Shown here: one piece after another, positions 25,778 through 35,131 of the stretch | Layout of the letters: each line of letters begins with the position of its first letter | Numbering within the stretch: the first letter of the stretch is position 1 | Source of the DNA: Frankiales bacterium | GTDB taxonomy: Bacteria; Actinomycetota; Actinomycetes; Mycobacteriales; SCTD01 | DNA length: 64,000 nt | Direction: 5' to 3' | Assembly (NCBI GenBank): GCA_025965475.1 | Contig: JAOPWV010000105.1 | Location: forward strand, 320 to 64,319 | Translations under genes and position numbers: made by a program | Notes under the pieces: model-generated | Seen by the model: only the letters and a program-made list of their open reading frames with translations | Database searches by the model: none | What the model was told of the DNA's origin: nothing

Positions 25778-28023
25778 CCGAGGCTGATACCGCCGTCGTT
25801 GCACGGCACCTGCCGATGCGTGAGCACCTCGAAGCCCGCGCCCTGCAGACCATCGAGGCAGCGGCCGAGGAGCAGGGCGTTCTGGAAGACGCCGCCGGAC
25901 AGGGCCACGACGTCGAGGCCGTGCGCCCCCCGTAGCCGGGAGCAGACGTCGATGACGACGTCCGCCATCGCGTTGTGGAACCGCGCCGCCACGATCGGCA
26001 CCGACGCGCCCGCCAACCGGTCCTGGACCACAGCGCGGACCAGCTCGGCACCCGGCACTTCCAGGATCGGGCCGCCCTGTACGCGCACCGGGTAGCTGCC
26101 CGTCTCACCCTCGTCGGCGCACTGCTCCAGTTCCACGGCCGCCTGCCCCTCGTAGGTCACCGCGTCGCGGAGCCCGAGCACCGCGGCCACCGCGTCGAAC
26201 AGCCGCCCGGCGCTGGAGCTCAGCGGCGCGTTGAGACCGGCCGCCGCCGCGGACAGCACGTGGTCCCAGCGGCGGCCCTGCCGGATCCGTACCTCGAGGG
26301 CCGGTACGTCGGCGCCGTACGCCGCGTCGAGATACGACGCGGCCATCCGCCACGGCTGCCGGGTGGCAGCGTCGCCGCCCGGCAGCGGCACCGGCTGCAG
26401 ATGCGCCACGCGGGTAGCGGTCACCAGGTCGGCGAGGAGGAACTCCCCGCCCCAGAGCGTGCCGTCCTCGCCGAGCCCGCTCCCGTCGAGCGCCACGCCG
26501 ATCACCGGCCCGCGGACCCCGTTGTCCACGAGACACGCGGCGACGTGGGCATGGTGGTGCTGAACGGCAACCCGCTCCACGTCAGGCAACTCCGCGGCAT
26601 AGCGGGTGGATGGGTAGTCCGGATGCAGGTCGTGGGCCACCAGCACGGGCTGCAGGTCGAACAGCCGCCGCAGGTGGTCGATGCCGTCGAGATACGAGCC
26701 GTAGGTGCTGTAGTCGTCGAGGTCGCCGATGTGGTGGGACACGAACGCGTGCCGGCCCCGCGCCAGGCAGAACGTGTTCTTGAGCGACGCACCGCAGCCG
26801 AGCACCGTCCGGCGTGCCTCCAGGGGAAGGGTCAGCGGATCGGGCACATAGCCGCGCGAGCGCCGGATCGGTACGACGCGTCCACGGACCGCGCGCACGA
26901 CGGAGTCGTCCACGCGGGTGCGGATGGGCCGGTCGTGCGTCAGCCAGGCGTCGGCGACGCCGGACAGGCGCTGCAGGGCGTCGCCGTCCTCGTAGGCGAT
27001 CGGCTCGTCGGACCGGTTACCGCTCGTCATCACGAGTGGCCCCCCGACCTCGGCGAGCAACCGATGGTGCAGGGCGGTGTACGGCAGCATCACGCCCAGC
27101 GCCCGCTGGCCCGGCGCGACCGACGGCGCCACCGCAGCCCCGATGCGCCTGCGCAACAGGAGAATCGGCCGCGCGCGCGCCACGAGCAGCTGCTCTTCCC
27201 CGGGGTCGACGTCACACAGCGTCCTGATACCTGGCAGGTCCGCCACCATCAGCGCGAACGGCCGGTCCTCCCGATGCTTGCGCCGGCGCAGGAGGGCAAC
27301 GGCCGCCTCGTCGGCCGCGAGCACGGCGAGATGGAAGCCGCCGAGGCCCTTGACGGCAAGGACCCCGCCGGCCCGCAACAGGTCGGCTGCCCCGCCGAGC
27401 GCGTCCCCCTCGACCGGCTGCCCGTCCGCGTCGAGCAGCGCGAGCCGCGGCCCGCACGCCGGGCAGCACAACGGTTGCGCGTGGAAGCGGCGGTCGCCCG
27501 GATCGTCGTACTCCGCCTGACAGGACGGGCACAGGGGGAAGCCCGCCATGGTCGTGCGCTGCCGGTCGTACGGCACGTCCCGCACGATCGTGTAGCGCGG
27601 GCCGCAGTGCGTGCAGGTGGCGAAGACGTGGCCGAAGCGACGGTCGACCGGGTCGCGGACCTCCGCCAGGCAGGCGTCGCAGGTCGCCGCGTCCGGTGAT
27701 ACCAGGACGTCGCGCGGCCCCGTGCTGTCGCTGAACTGGACCGAGAAGCCGGCCTCCCCGGTCAGCGCCACCTCCCGGCTGCGCACCTGGTCGACCCGGG
27801 CCAGGGGCGGCGCGTCGGTATGCAGGGCGGCCAGCAGCGCCGTGACCGCGGCCGGCGCCCCCTCCACCTCGAGGACGACTCCCGCCGTGTCGTTGCGGAC
27901 GAAGCCTGCCAGCCCGAGGCCGACGGCCTTACGCCAGACGAACGGGCGGAAACCCACGCCCTGGACGATCCCGGTGACATGGGCGCGGGTCCGGACGGGG
28001 GCTCCGCCTTTCAGGTCGTCCAT
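25735..28023 (-). CDS. hypF: [NiFe]-hydrogenase maturation carbamoyltransferase HypF
   Basis: The 762-aa product has an acylphosphatase-like N-terminus (VTGIVQGVGFRPFVWR), zinc-finger CxxC pairs (CDAC...CTHCGPRY...CPSC...CPACGPR), and YrdC-like and Kae1-like C-terminal regions. Confidence 0.95.
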   Translation of the reverse strand: MDDLKGGAPVRTRAHVTGIVQGVGFRPFVWRKAVGLGLAGFVRNDTAGVVLEVEGAPAAVTALLAALHTDAPPLARVDQVRSREVALTGEAGFSVQFSDSTGPRDVLVSPDAATCDACLAEVRDPVDRRFGHVFATCTHCGPRYTIVRDVPYDRQRTTMAGFPLCPSCQAEYDDPGDRRFHAQPLCCPACGPRLALLDADGQPVEGDALGGAADLLRAGGVLAVKGLGGFHLAVLAADEAAVALLRRRKHREDRPFALMVADLPGIRTLCDVDPGEEQLLVARARPILLLRRRIGAAVAPSVAPGQRALGVMLPYTALHHRLLAEVGGPLVMTSGNRSDEPIAYEDGDALQRLSGVADAWLTHDRPIRTRVDDSVVRAVRGRVVPIRRSRGYVPDPLTLPLEARRTVLGCGASLKNTFCLARGRHAFVSHHIGDLDDYSTYGSYLDGIDHLRRLFDLQPVLVAHDLHPDYPSTRYAAELPDVERVAVQHHHAHVAACLVDNGVRGPVIGVALDGSGLGEDGTLWGGEFLLADLVTATRVAHLQPVPLPGGDAATRQPWRMAASYLDAAYGADVPALEVRIRQGRRWDHVLSAAAAGLNAPLSSSAGRLFDAVAAVLGLRDAVTYEGQAAVELEQCADEGETGSYPVRVQGGPILEVPGAELVRAVVQDRLAGASVPIVAARFHNAMADVVIDVCSRLRGAHGLDVVALSGGVFQNALLLGRCLDGLQGAGFEVLTHRQVPCNDGGISLGQVAVAAARDGSAC

Positions 28024-28071
28024 ATGGACACCTCACCGAAAACCGCTACAGGCCTGGAGATAGGCGGGATC

Positions 28072-28101
28072 TTGACACTCGACCCGAGAGGGGTCTATCA
28101 C
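28072..28101 (+). promoter_or_regulatory. candidate sigma70-type promoter for hhyS (TTGACA-N18-TATCAC)
   Basis: TTGACA lies at 28072..28077 and TATCAC at 28096..28101, in a locally AT-richer island within the 164-bp hypF/hhyS divergent region. It lies about 87 nt upstream of the hhyS start. Confidence 0.35.
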
Positions 28102-28187
28102 AAAACGAAGGCGTGCAAGCAGGTCATCGCGGACCGGACTCGCGCCGTACCGGGGCTGGTGGTCCCAGGCCCCGAGGGGAGGGCCAC

Positions 28188-29243
28188 GTGCCCACTGCTG
28201 AGGCGATCGCAGCGCAAGACACCTTGGTCCACGTTCTCTGGATCAATGCGGGGCTGAGTTGTGACGGCGACTCCGTCGCCCTGACCGGCGCCACCCAGCC
28301 GACCATCGAGGAGATCGCCCTCGGTGCGCTCCCCGGGCTGCCGAACGTCGCCGTGCACTGGCCCCTGATCGACTTCGAGTGCGGGCCCAACGGCGGCCGC
28401 GACGACTTCCTCGAGTGGTTCTGGAAAGCCGACCGCGGGGAACTCGAGCCGTTCGTCCTCGTCGTCGAGGGATCGATCCCGAACGAGACCCTCAAGGAAG
28501 AGGGGTACTGGTGCGGCTTCGGCAACAACCCGATGACCGGCCAGCCCGTCACGACCAGCGAGTGGCTGGACCGGCTGACCCCCAAGGCCTTGGCCGTGCT
28601 GGCCGTCGGCACCTGCGCGACGTACGGCGGCATCCACGCGATGGCCGGCAACCCCACGGGTGCGATGGGCGTGCCCGACTATCTCGGCTGGGACTGGAAG
28701 AGCAAGGCCGGCATCCCGATCGTGTGCGTCCCCGGCTGTCCGGTCCAGGGCGACAACCTGTCCGAGACCATCACGTACCTGCTCTACCAGGCGACCGGGC
28801 AGGCGCCGATGATCCCGTTGGACGAGGAGCTGCGGCCGACCTGGCTGTTCGGCAAGACCGTGCACGAAGGCTGCGACCGGGCCGGCTACTACGAGCAGGG
28901 CGACTTCGCCACGGAGTACGGCTCGCCCAAGTGCATCGTCAAGCTCGGCTGCTGGGGACCGGTCGTGAAGTGCAACGTCCCCAAGCGTGGCTGGATCAAC
29001 GGCGTCGGTGGCTGCCCGAACGTCGGTGGGATCTGCATCGGCTGCACGATGCCGGGCTTCCCCGACAAGTTCATGCCGTTCATGGACGAACCGCCGGGCG
29101 GGAAGCTCTCCACGACGATCATCGGCGGCTACGGCGCCACCATCCGCGCCCTGCGCACCAAGACGACGCAGACGCTGGACAAGGAACCCAAGTGGCGCAG
29201 GCCGGGCGCGCGACTGACCACGGGCGCGACCCGCACCTGGTAG
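28188..29243 (+). CDS. hhyS: [NiFe]-hydrogenase small subunit, group 1h (Hhy) type
   Basis: GTG at 28188 lies in the frame of track ORF 28113..29243, preceded by GAGGGGAGGG. There is no twin-arginine signal peptide. Fe-S cluster cysteines are present: INAGLSCDGDS, VGTCATYGG, VPGCP, HEGCDR and GGCPNVGGICIGC. Confidence 0.9.
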   Translation: MPTAEAIAAQDTLVHVLWINAGLSCDGDSVALTGATQPTIEEIALGALPGLPNVAVHWPLIDFECGPNGGRDDFLEWFWKADRGELEPFVLVVEGSIPNETLKEEGYWCGFGNNPMTGQPVTTSEWLDRLTPKALAVLAVGTCATYGGIHAMAGNPTGAMGVPDYLGWDWKSKAGIPIVCVPGCPVQGDNLSETITYLLYQATGQAPMIPLDEELRPTWLFGKTVHEGCDRAGYYEQGDFATEYGSPKCIVKLGCWGPVVKCNVPKRGWINGVGGCPNVGGICIGCTMPGFPDKFMPFMDEPPGGKLSTTIIGGYGATIRALRTKTTQTLDKEPKWRRPGARLTTGATRTW

Positions 29244-29307
29244 TGCGCACGAGCAGTCCCCCGCCAGACCTCCGCACGTCCTCCGCCCACCTCGCAGGGA
29301 GACATCG

Positions 29308-31104
29308 ATGACGGACACGCTTCCCCGGACCTCCGACACCGGTGCGGTGGACAAGGGACTCGTCGAGATGGCGTGGGACCCCATCACGCGGATCGTGGGC
29401 AGTCTCGGCATCTACACGAAGGTGGACTTCGCGAACCGGACCGTCGCCGAGTGCCACTCGACGTCGTCGATCTTCCGTGGCTACAGCATCTTCATGAAGG
29501 GCAAGGACCCGCGGGACGCGCACTTCATCACCAGCCGCATCTGCGGGATCTGCGGCGACAACCACGCCACCTGCTCCTGCTACGCCCAGAACATGGCCTA
29601 CGGCGTACGACCGCCGGCGGTCGGCGAGTGGATCGTCAACCTGGGCGAGGCCGCCGAGTACATGTTCGACCACAACATCTTCCAGGAGAACCTGGTCGGG
29701 GTGGACTACTGCGAGCGGATGGTCAAGGAGACCAACCCCGGGGTCCTCGCCCAGGCCGAGAACGCCCTCGCTCCCGGCTCCGCCGCCCACGGCTACCGCA
29801 CGATCGCGGACATCATGCGGGCCCTGAACCCGTTCACCGGCGAGTTCTACCGCGAGGCGCTCCAGGTCAGTCGCATGACGCGGGAGATGTTCTGCCTGAT
29901 GGAGGGCCGGCACGTCCACCCGTCCACGCTCTACCCGGGCGGCGTCGGCACGGTGGCCACCGTTCAGCTGATGACCGACTACCTGACGCGGCTGATGCGG
30001 TACGTCGAGTTCATGAAGAAGGTCGTCCCGATGCACGACGACCTGTTCGACTTCATCTACGAGGCGCTGCCCGGCTACGAGATGGTCGGGAACCGGCGCA
30101 TCCTGCTCGGCTGCTGGGGCTCGTTCCAGGACCCGGACTACTGCAACTTCACCTACCGGGACATGGAGCAGTGGGGCCGCAAGATGTTCGTCACCCCCGG
30201 GGTGGTCGTCGACGGCAAGCTCGTCACGACCAGCCTGGTCGACATCAACCTGGGACTGCGGATCCTGCTCGGCAGCTCGTACTACGACGACTGGAAGGAC
30301 CAGGAGGTCTTCGTCACCCACGACCCGCTGGGCAATCCCGTCGACAAGCGCCACCCGTGGAACCAGCACACCAACCCGCATCCGCAGAAGCGCGACCTGG
30401 ACGGCAACTACAGCTGGGTGATGTCCCCACGGTGGTACGACGGCAAGGACTACCTCGCCCTCGACACGGGGGGCGGCCCGCTCGCCCGGATGTGGTCGAC
30501 AGCGCTGGCCAACCTGGTCGACATCGGCTACGTGCGGTCGACCGGCCACAGCGTGGAGATCAACCTACCGAAGACGGCCCTCAAGGGACCGGTGAGCTTC
30601 GAGTGGAAGATCCCGCAGTGGAGCAACACCCTGGAACGCAACAGGGCGCGCACCTACTTCCAGGCCTACGCGGCAGCGATGGCACTGCACTTCACCGAGA
30701 AGGCACTGGCGGAGATCCGGGCCGGCCGCACGAAGACCTGGGAGACGTTCGACGTGCCCGAGGAAGCGGTCAGCTGCGGCTTCACCGAGGCCGTCCGCGG
30801 CGTCCTGTCGCATCACATGGTCATCCGGGACGGCAAGATCGCGAACTACCACCCGTACCCGCCGACGCCCTGGAACGCCAGCCCGCGGGACAGCTACGGC
30901 ACACCCGGTCCCTATGAGGACGCGGTGCAGGACCAGCCGCTGTTCGAGGAGAACGACCGGGAGAACTTCAAGGGCATCGACATCATGCGGACCGTCCGCA
31001 GTTTCGACCCCTGCCTGCCCTGCGGCGTCCACATGTACCTGGGCAAGGGCAAGACCCTGAAGAAGGTCCACTCGCCGACGATGGCCGGCACGGGCGAGGA
31101 GTGA
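29308..31104 (+). CDS. hhyL: [NiFe]-hydrogenase large subunit, group 1h (Hhy) type
   Basis: The N-terminal metal-site motif is TSRICGICGDNH. The C-terminal motif is SFDPCLPCGVH, followed by a 23-aa tail MYLGKGKTLKKVHSPTMAGTGEE. A GGGAGA ribosome-binding site precedes the ATG. Confidence 0.95.
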   Translation: MTDTLPRTSDTGAVDKGLVEMAWDPITRIVGSLGIYTKVDFANRTVAECHSTSSIFRGYSIFMKGKDPRDAHFITSRICGICGDNHATCSCYAQNMAYGVRPPAVGEWIVNLGEAAEYMFDHNIFQENLVGVDYCERMVKETNPGVLAQAENALAPGSAAHGYRTIADIMRALNPFTGEFYREALQVSRMTREMFCLMEGRHVHPSTLYPGGVGTVATVQLMTDYLTRLMRYVEFMKKVVPMHDDLFDFIYEALPGYEMVGNRRILLGCWGSFQDPDYCNFTYRDMEQWGRKMFVTPGVVVDGKLVTTSLVDINLGLRILLGSSYYDDWKDQEVFVTHDPLGNPVDKRHPWNQHTNPHPQKRDLDGNYSWVMSPRWYDGKDYLALDTGGGPLARMWSTALANLVDIGYVRSTGHSVEINLPKTALKGPVSFEWKIPQWSNTLERNRARTYFQAYAAAMALHFTEKALAEIRAGRTKTWETFDVPEEAVSCGFTEAVRGVLSHHMVIRDGKIANYHPYPPTPWNASPRDSYGTPGPYEDAVQDQPLFEENDRENFKGIDIMRTVRSFDPCLPCGVHMYLGKGKTLKKVHSPTMAGTGEE

Positions 31105-32003
31105 CCGATCCCGCGGCTTCCGGCCGTCGCATCGAGCAGCTACTCGAGGCGAGTGCCGCCGCCGGACCCGCCGCCCGGGAGCGGGCGGAGGAGCTCGTGC
31201 GCCTGGTCGTGGATCTCTACGGCGCAGGCCTCGAGCGGCTGCTCGACATCGCGTACGAGTGCGGCGCGCTCACCGAGGACCTGCTCGCCGCTCTGGCCGC
31301 CGACGACCTGGTGTCGAGCCTGCTGCTCGTGCACGGCCTGCACCCGTATCCGGTGGAGGAGCGCGTGGAGCAGGCGCTGCGCGACGTACGGCCGTATCTG
31401 GGCTCCCACGGGGGTGACGTCCGCCTGCTCGAGGTCACCGGCGACGGCGTCGTACGGCTCGCGCTGCTGGGCAGCTGTGACGGGTGCCCCTCGTCGTCGG
31501 TGACGCTCTCGCTCGCCGTGGACGGGGCGGTACGCGCCGCCGCGCCGGAGGTGGTGCGCATCGACGTGGAGGAGGGCGTCGCTGACGGCAGTACCGCCGG
31601 CACCGTCATCCCGGTCGGCTCGCTGACCGCCAGGCTGCGGGCAGAGGCCCCGCCAGGGACGTGGGCAGACGTCGCCGCCGTGTCGGCACTTCCGGTTGGC
31701 AGCCTCGAGCCGGCGAGGGCCGCGGGGCTGGCGATCGCGCTGTGCCGTCTCGGCGACACCGTGTACGCCTACCTCGACGCCTGCCCGTCCTGCGGCGCCG
31801 CGTTGGTCGGGGCGCGCGTGGAACGGGCCCTCGGCTCCCCGGTCGGGACGGCGGTTCTCGCCTGCGCGCGCTGCCACGAGCACTTCGACGTCACGCACGC
31901 CGGCGCAGGCGTCGAGCAGCCGGCCCACCACCTGGAGCCGCTCCCCCTGCTGGTGCGGGACGGACGGGTCGAGGTCGCCGTACCGTCGGCGGTGCCGGCA
32001 TGA
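31101..32003 (+). CDS. hydrogenase-associated putative Fe-S protein (NifU-like domain + C-terminal Cys-rich domain)
   Basis: GTG at 31101 overlaps the hhyL stop (GTGA). The NifU-C-like block is HGGDVRLLEVTGDGVVRLALLGSCDGCPSS. The C-terminal half has CRLGD...LDACPSCG...LACARCHEHFD. Confidence 0.75.
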   Translation: MTDPAASGRRIEQLLEASAAAGPAARERAEELVRLVVDLYGAGLERLLDIAYECGALTEDLLAALAADDLVSSLLLVHGLHPYPVEERVEQALRDVRPYLGSHGGDVRLLEVTGDGVVRLALLGSCDGCPSSSVTLSLAVDGAVRAAAPEVVRIDVEEGVADGSTAGTVIPVGSLTARLRAEAPPGTWADVAAVSALPVGSLEPARAAGLAIALCRLGDTVYAYLDACPSCGAALVGARVERALGSPVGTAVLACARCHEHFDVTHAGAGVEQPAHHLEPLPLLVRDGRVEVAVPSAVPA

Positions 32004-32626
32004 ACAACGCCACGCTCGGGGTCCTCGCGCGGATCCGGGCCGATCGGCCGACAGCCACGCCGGGCGAGCGCTGCGAGATGTGTGCCGCGCCGATCGCGGA
32101 CGCGCACTCCCACGTCGTGAACCTCGGCAGCCGCTCGCTGCTGTGCACCTGCCGGGCCTGCTACCTGTTGTTCACCCACGATGACGCCACCCTGTCCTAT
32201 CGGGCGGTGCCGGACCGCTACCTGTCGTTCCCGGCGCTGGCGCCGGCGGTCTGGGACGAGCTGCAACTGCCGGTGGGCACCGCGTTCCTGTTCCTGAACT
32301 CCCACCTCGAGCGCATCGTGGCCTTCTATCCCGGACCAGCCGGGGCGACGGAGTCGGACCTCCCCCTCGAGGCCTGGGGCCGCGTGGTGGCGGCCGCCCC
32401 GTCGCTCTCCGCCCTGCGGCCGGACGTGGAGGCGGTCCTGGTCCGCGCCACCGGCCAGGACATCGCCTGCTTCCTCGTCCCGATCGACGTCTGCTACGAG
32501 CTGGTCGGCCACCTGCGGCGGCTGTGGCGCGGCTTCGACGGCGGGCAGGACGTACGCCGCCGGCTCGACGAGTTCTTCGCCGGCATCGCCGCGCGGAGCA
32601 AGCCGGCACCGGAGCACCAGCCGTGA
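32000..32626 (+). CDS. conserved hydrogenase-cluster protein of unknown function (N-terminal Cys cluster)
   Basis: ATG at 32000 overlaps the upstream stop (ATGA), in the frame of track ORF 31661..32626. The N-terminus has CEMCAAPIADAHSHVV...LLCTCRACYLLF. Confidence 0.75.
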   Translation: MNNATLGVLARIRADRPTATPGERCEMCAAPIADAHSHVVNLGSRSLLCTCRACYLLFTHDDATLSYRAVPDRYLSFPALAPAVWDELQLPVGTAFLFLNSHLERIVAFYPGPAGATESDLPLEAWGRVVAAAPSLSALRPDVEAVLVRATGQDIACFLVPIDVCYELVGHLRRLWRGFDGGQDVRRRLDEFFAGIAARSKPAPEHQP

Positions 32627-33261
32627 CCGAACTGGCCTTCACGGTGCTCGACGTGCAGCCGCAGGCGCACGCCGCGGCGCCGCACATGCTCTTCCGGCTG
32701 CGCGTCACCGAGAGCAGCGGTGCGTGCGTGCACGCCATGGCATTGCGCTGCCAGCTGCGGATCGAGCCGCAGCGCCGGGCCTACGAGCCACGGGAGCAGG
32801 CCGGACTCGAGGACCTGTTCGGCACCGCCGAGCGCTGGGGCCAGACGGCGAAGCCGTTCCTGTGGACCCATGCCTCGACGATGGTGCGCGGCTTCGAGGG
32901 CAGTCACGAGTTCGACCTGCCCGTGGCCTGCACCTACGACTTCGAGGTCAGCGGCACGAAATACCTGCATGCGCTGGCCGGCGGCGAGGTCCCCCTGGTC
33001 CTGCTGTTCAGCGGGACCGTGTTCACCCGCGGCGCGACCGGCTTCGCCGTCGAGCAGCTGTCCTGGTCCCTGGAGGCGGACACCCGGATGCCGGTGCGGG
33101 TGTGGCGGGACCTGATGGACCTGTACTTCCCGAACAGCGGCTGGATCCGCCTGGACCGGGACACCCTGGACGCGCTGCTCCGCTACAAGGCCTCGCGGGC
33201 ACTCACCTCGTGGGAGCAGGCCCTCGACCAGCTGCTGCCGGCCGAGGAGCGCGTGTCATGA
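32623..33261 (+). CDS. conserved hydrogenase-cluster protein of unknown function
   Basis: GTG at 32623 overlaps the upstream stop (GTGA), in the frame of track ORF 32524..33261. The composition is protein-like (VTELAFTVLDVQPQAHAAAPHMLFRLRVTE...). Confidence 0.7.
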   Translation: MTELAFTVLDVQPQAHAAAPHMLFRLRVTESSGACVHAMALRCQLRIEPQRRAYEPREQAGLEDLFGTAERWGQTAKPFLWTHASTMVRGFEGSHEFDLPVACTYDFEVSGTKYLHALAGGEVPLVLLFSGTVFTRGATGFAVEQLSWSLEADTRMPVRVWRDLMDLYFPNSGWIRLDRDTLDALLRYKASRALTSWEQALDQLLPAEERVS

Positions 33262-34625
33262 GCCTCACCGCGGCCCGCCGCGTCGCCGACGCCGTCCTGT
33301 ACGAGGGCTACCTGCTCTACCCCTACCGGGCATCGTCGCCGAAGAACCAGCTGCGCTGGCAGTTCGGGATCCTGGGCCCGGCCGGCGCCGTGCAGGCCGG
33401 CGTGGGCGAGGAGCCGTCGATGCGTGCCCAATGCCTGCTCGACAGCCCGGACGCCTCGGGGCGGCTCGACGTGCAGCTGCGTTTCCTGCAGGTGCAGGCG
33501 CGGACCGTCGAACGCCGTGACGGCGGCCAGTACGTCGGTGTGGAGGAGCTCGACGTCGCCGGCACGCGGTGGATCGGCTGGCACGAGGCCGTCGAGCGGG
33601 AGGTGCCGGTCCTCGACGTGCCGGTGGCCGACCTGCTCACCGGCCGGACCGTGACCGTGGCCGTGCCGGGCGGTGAGGAGTGCGAACTGCTCCACGACGG
33701 GGCGGACGTGGTGGGCCGGCTCGTCCGCAGGCGCTGGCCCCTGCAGGCAGAGCTGTTCCTGACCGCCCGACGCGGGATCGACCCCCGACTGCTGGTCGTC
33801 TCTGTCGCCGTCGACAACGAGACGGTCTGGCCAGGCGAGGGTGCGCCGGCGCCGGCTGCCTCGCCGCGCGATGTCGCTGCCCGGGGCTCGTTCATCGGGA
33901 CCCACCTGCTGCTGGCCGCCCGGGGGGCGGAGTTCGTCTCGCTGCTGGACGGGCCGCAGTGGTCCGCGGACGACGCCGCGGCCTGCGTGCAGTCACGGTG
34001 CTGGCCGGTGCTCGTGCTGGACGACCAGGGCCGGGACGCGGTCCTGGTCTCGCCCATCATCCTGGCCGAACGGCCGGTCGTCGCACCGGAGAGCGCCGGC
34101 GACCTGTTCGACGCCACCGAGATCGACGAGATCCTGACCTTGCGCATCATGACCATGACGGACGAGGAGAAGGCGGACGCGCGCGGCACGGACCCCCGCG
34201 CCGCCGCGATCATCGACCGTTGCGACGACATGACCCCGGCGGGCCTGAAGCGGCTGCACGGTACACGCCGCTCGACCGACGATGAGCCGGACCGAGAGAG
34301 GGTTCCGTGGTGGGACCCGGGATCGGACGCCTCCGTCTCCCCCGGCACGGACGCGGTGGACATCGCCGGCACCGCCGTCGCGAAGGGCAGCCGCGTGCTG
34401 CTGCGGCCGACGCGTCGGGCGGATGCCCAGGACCTGTTCCTCGCCGGGATGGTCGGCGTCGTCACCGCCGTCTACGCCGACGTCGACGGCGGGACGCATG
34501 TGGCGGTGGTGCTGGAGGACGATCCGGCGAGCGACCTGCACGAGTGGTACGGGCGCTACTACTACTTCGGACCGGATGAACTCGAACCGCTCCCGGCGCG
34601 CACCTCGACCGGACCGCAGCCATGA
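33258..34625 (+). CDS. conserved hydrogenase-cluster protein of unknown function (455 aa)
   Basis: ATG at 33258 overlaps the upstream stop (ATGA), in the frame of track ORF 32724..34625. The product begins MSLTAARRVADAVLYEGYLLYPYRASSPKNQLRWQFG. I recognise no catalytic motif. Confidence 0.75.
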   Translation: MSLTAARRVADAVLYEGYLLYPYRASSPKNQLRWQFGILGPAGAVQAGVGEEPSMRAQCLLDSPDASGRLDVQLRFLQVQARTVERRDGGQYVGVEELDVAGTRWIGWHEAVEREVPVLDVPVADLLTGRTVTVAVPGGEECELLHDGADVVGRLVRRRWPLQAELFLTARRGIDPRLLVVSVAVDNETVWPGEGAPAPAASPRDVAARGSFIGTHLLLAARGAEFVSLLDGPQWSADDAAACVQSRCWPVLVLDDQGRDAVLVSPIILAERPVVAPESAGDLFDATEIDEILTLRIMTMTDEEKADARGTDPRAAAIIDRCDDMTPAGLKRLHGTRRSTDDEPDRERVPWWDPGSDASVSPGTDAVDIAGTAVAKGSRVLLRPTRRADAQDLFLAGMVGVVTAVYADVDGGTHVAVVLEDDPASDLHEWYGRYYYFGPDELEPLPARTSTGPQP

Positions 34626-35131
34626 CCGCCCGGGTACTCGTCGCCGGCGTCGGCAACATCTTCCTGCGCGACGACGGGTTCGGCTGCGAGGCGGCACGGC
34701 GTCTCACGGCCCGGGAGCTGCCGGACGGCGTGCGCGTCGTCGACTACGGCATCCGCGGCATGCACCTGGCCTACGACCTGCTTGACGGGTACGACGCGCT
34801 CGTCGTCCTCGACGCGCTCCCCCGTGGCGGTCAGCCGGGCGACCTCGTCGTCCTGCAGGTCGGTCCCGAGGACCTGGGCGACGCCGAACTCGACGCGCAC
34901 GGGATGGAGCCCACCGCCGTACTCGCCAGCCTGTCGTGGCTCGGCGGCCAGCTGCCGCCGACGTACGTCGTCGGCTGTGAGCCGGCGGATATCTCGGAGG
35001 GCATGGGTCTGTCGCCTCCGGTCGAGGGCGCAGTCGACGCCGCGGTCGAGCTGGCCCGGCGCCTCCTGGACGACGAACTCACCCGCCTGCCCGGCCGGGC
35101 CGACGCAACCACGAGAAAGGACCGCACATGA
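34622..35131 (+). CDS. hydrogenase maturation endopeptidase (HupD/HyaD/HybD family)
   Basis: ATG at 34622 overlaps the upstream stop. The product contains VLVAGVGNIFLRDDGFG...VVDYG...LVVLDA...DAHGM, typical of large-subunit C-terminal proteases. Confidence 0.9.
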   Translation: MTARVLVAGVGNIFLRDDGFGCEAARRLTARELPDGVRVVDYGIRGMHLAYDLLDGYDALVVLDALPRGGQPGDLVVLQVGPEDLGDAELDAHGMEPTAVLASLSWLGGQLPPTYVVGCEPADISEGMGLSPPVEGAVDAAVELARRLLDDELTRLPGRADATTRKDRT

